Of a stretch of 64,000 nt of DNA, positions 62,461-64,000 are shown one piece after another. Within the stretch, counting starts at the first letter, position 1; the number at the start of each line of letters is the position of its first letter. Both the position numbers and the translations under genes were made by a program. Below the pieces are notes generated by a model. That model was given only the letters and a program-made list of their open reading frames with translations. It had not been told where the DNA came from and ran no database searches. Source of the DNA: an uncultured Verrucomicrobiae bacterium. GTDB taxonomy: Bacteria > Verrucomicrobiota > Verrucomicrobiia > Limisphaerales > JAFGQR01. Location of the stretch: NCBI GenBank assembly GCA_963788655.1, contig CAWBHS010000081.1, forward strand, positions 73,187 to 137,186, in the 5' to 3' direction.

Positions 62461-64000
62461 ATGAAAACACGCAAAACACTGCATCCCTTCACTGGTGCCA
62501 TCACCAATCAAGGCCGCATCCTTTTTGCTCTGTTGCTCCCGGTGGTGTTGGGACTGCTGGCGCCGGATCATTCTCGCGCCAGTGCTGCCACCGGCGGCGC
62601 GGGTTCCTTCCATAGCCAGTTCACCAACACGCACAACCGCGTCTGGCTGGGCGCGCAATATTGGGCGAACCCGATGGAGGACTGGCAGGTCAAGGACGGG
62701 AGGATCGAATGTTTGAGCCGCGGTGGAAACCGCAATGTGCATTTGCTCACCCGGCAATTGCGCGCCGGCCGCGGCCGGTTCACGTTGTCCGTGCGTTGCG
62801 GTTTGCTCGAGCGCGGCCCACGGGGCGGGGCGGGCTTCCGCGTCGGGATTCACGACGACATCAACGATTATCGCAGCGACTGTTTTTTTGGCCAAGGCAT
62901 CCAGGCCGGCCTTGGCAATGGATTCCTTTACCTGGACCATCAATCCACGAAGTTGGCCACCGAGCCATCCATGGAGGACATGCTCATCCAATTGCACGGT
63001 GAACCGAAGGCCGGCGGCTATGCCCTGACGCTGACGGTTACGGATCACCTCACGGGCCAAGTCATCGGCAAGGCCACCGTGGATGGCATCGCGGCCGACC
63101 GGTTGGTGGGGAACCTCGCGTTGGTCAACAATTTTGCCGCGCAGGTCCGGAACGGCTCACGGTTCTGGTTCGCCGACTGGCAAGTCAGCGGGGACAAGAT
63201 CGAAGCGCATCCCGAACGCGCCTGGGGGCCGATTTTGTGGTCCATGTACACGCTGAGCAACAACCGTAGCGCCGAAGGTTACGTGCTGAAGCTGACCGCC
63301 CAATTGCCGCCGATGGGCGCGGAGGACCGCGATACCGTGCGGTTGCAGATTCAGCGCCAGGGACAATGGCAAACCCTGGGCGAACAAAAGATCGGGGCGG
63401 ATTCGCGCGCGGCGACGTTCCGCATCCCGCATTGGAATCAGCAGGCCGATACGCCGTATCGTTTGGTCTATACGGAAACCGGCAAGGATGGCCAAGCGCG
63501 GGACACGTGCTGGCCGGGAACCATTCGTCGAGAGCCGACCGGGCGGCCGGTGAAGGTCGCGGGCATGACCGGCCAGTTTTTTTACGGGTTCCCGTATGCG
63601 CCGGTGGCCGAGAACCTGAAGCACCTCGGGGTCGATGTGTTGTTCTTCTCGGGCGACCAAATCTACGAGGCCAACGGCGGGTATGGCATCATCCGCGAGC
63701 CGGCGGATCGGGCGATCCTCAATTACTTGCGCAAGTGGTATTTGTTTGGCTGGGCGTTCGGCGACGTGATGCGCGACCGGCCCACTATTGTGCTGCCCGA
63801 CGACCATGACGTATTTCAGGGCAACCTGTGGGGCGAAGCAGGCGCGCCGATGCCCAAGGGCGGCAGCGACAGTTCGAGCGGGGGTTACCTCGAACCATTG
63901 CGGATGATTCACGTGGTCTATGCCACCAGTTGCGCGCACCACCCGGATTTTTACGACCCGACGCCGATCAAGCAGGGCATGGGCGTTTTTTACGGTGACA
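62461..64000 (+). CDS. PhoD-like metallophosphatase (runs off right edge; absent from ORF track)
   Basis: Signal peptide, RVWLGAQYWANPMEDW, FFSGDQIYE, LPDDHDVFQGNLWG. Confidence 0.85.
   Translation, partial: MKTRKTLHPFTGAITNQGRILFALLLPVVLGLLAPDHSRASAATGGAGSFHSQFTNTHNRVWLGAQYWANPMEDWQVKDGRIECLSRGGNRNVHLLTRQLRAGRGRFTLSVRCGLLERGPRGGAGFRVGIHDDINDYRSDCFFGQGIQAGLGNGFLYLDHQSTKLATEPSMEDMLIQLHGEPKAGGYALTLTVTDHLTGQVIGKATVDGIAADRLVGNLALVNNFAAQVRNGSRFWFADWQVSGDKIEAHPERAWGPILWSMYTLSNNRSAEGYVLKLTAQLPPMGAEDRDTVRLQIQRQGQWQTLGEQKIGADSRAATFRIPHWNQQADTPYRLVYTETGKDGQARDTCWPGTIRREPTGRPVKVAGMTGQFFYGFPYAPVAENLKHLGVDVLFFSGDQIYEANGGYGIIREPADRAILNYLRKWYLFGWAFGDVMRDRPTIVLPDDHDVFQGNLWGEAGAPMPKGGSDSSSGGYLEPLRMIHVVYATSCAHHPDFYDPTPIKQGMGVFYGD

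Noticed and set aside
61523..62464. 313-aa ORF
   Set aside because: Runs through intron-like, REP and intI debris with no coherent protein signal
48100..64000. Integrative island bounded by a tRNA-Ser 3' duplication
   Set aside because: No repeat of the tRNA 3' end seen by eye and no intact integrase beside the tRNA

Overview
GC-rich bacterial chromosomal segment. Gene content and repeat families suggest Verrucomicrobiota, probably Pedosphaera-like (inference). Many single-base frameshifts, including in conserved genes, point to long-read/MAG indel errors. Contents: the 5' end of a LEPR-XLL giant exoprotein; kdsC-lptC/A-lptB-hprK-HPr; fabI; ApbE; an M50/HlyD-like fusion plus a short accessory SecA; a HAD/PfkB sugar-phosphate operon; SWIM-SNF2; Tex; two tandem paralogous surface proteins; an M28 peptidase; a macrodomain protein; tRNA-Ser(GGA); glycan-active enzymes; a truncated VapBC pair; Ig/phosphatase and PhoD-like proteins. 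The intergenic DNA is the most unusual part. (1) A decayed Y1/RAYT-type transposase has its middle replaced by a 208-bp antisense copy of the neighbouring M50 gene that differs only at third codon positions. (2) Two probable group II intron termini each sit inside a palindromic repeat. (3) An integron-integrase remnant is interrupted by an ~85-bp three-hairpin insert. (4) Several families of periodic inverted repeats fill the spacers. Four secreted proteins also share a C-terminal [YF]xLE...L...W...F[YF]R motif that may be a sorting signal. All family assignments are from recalled motifs; no searches were run.
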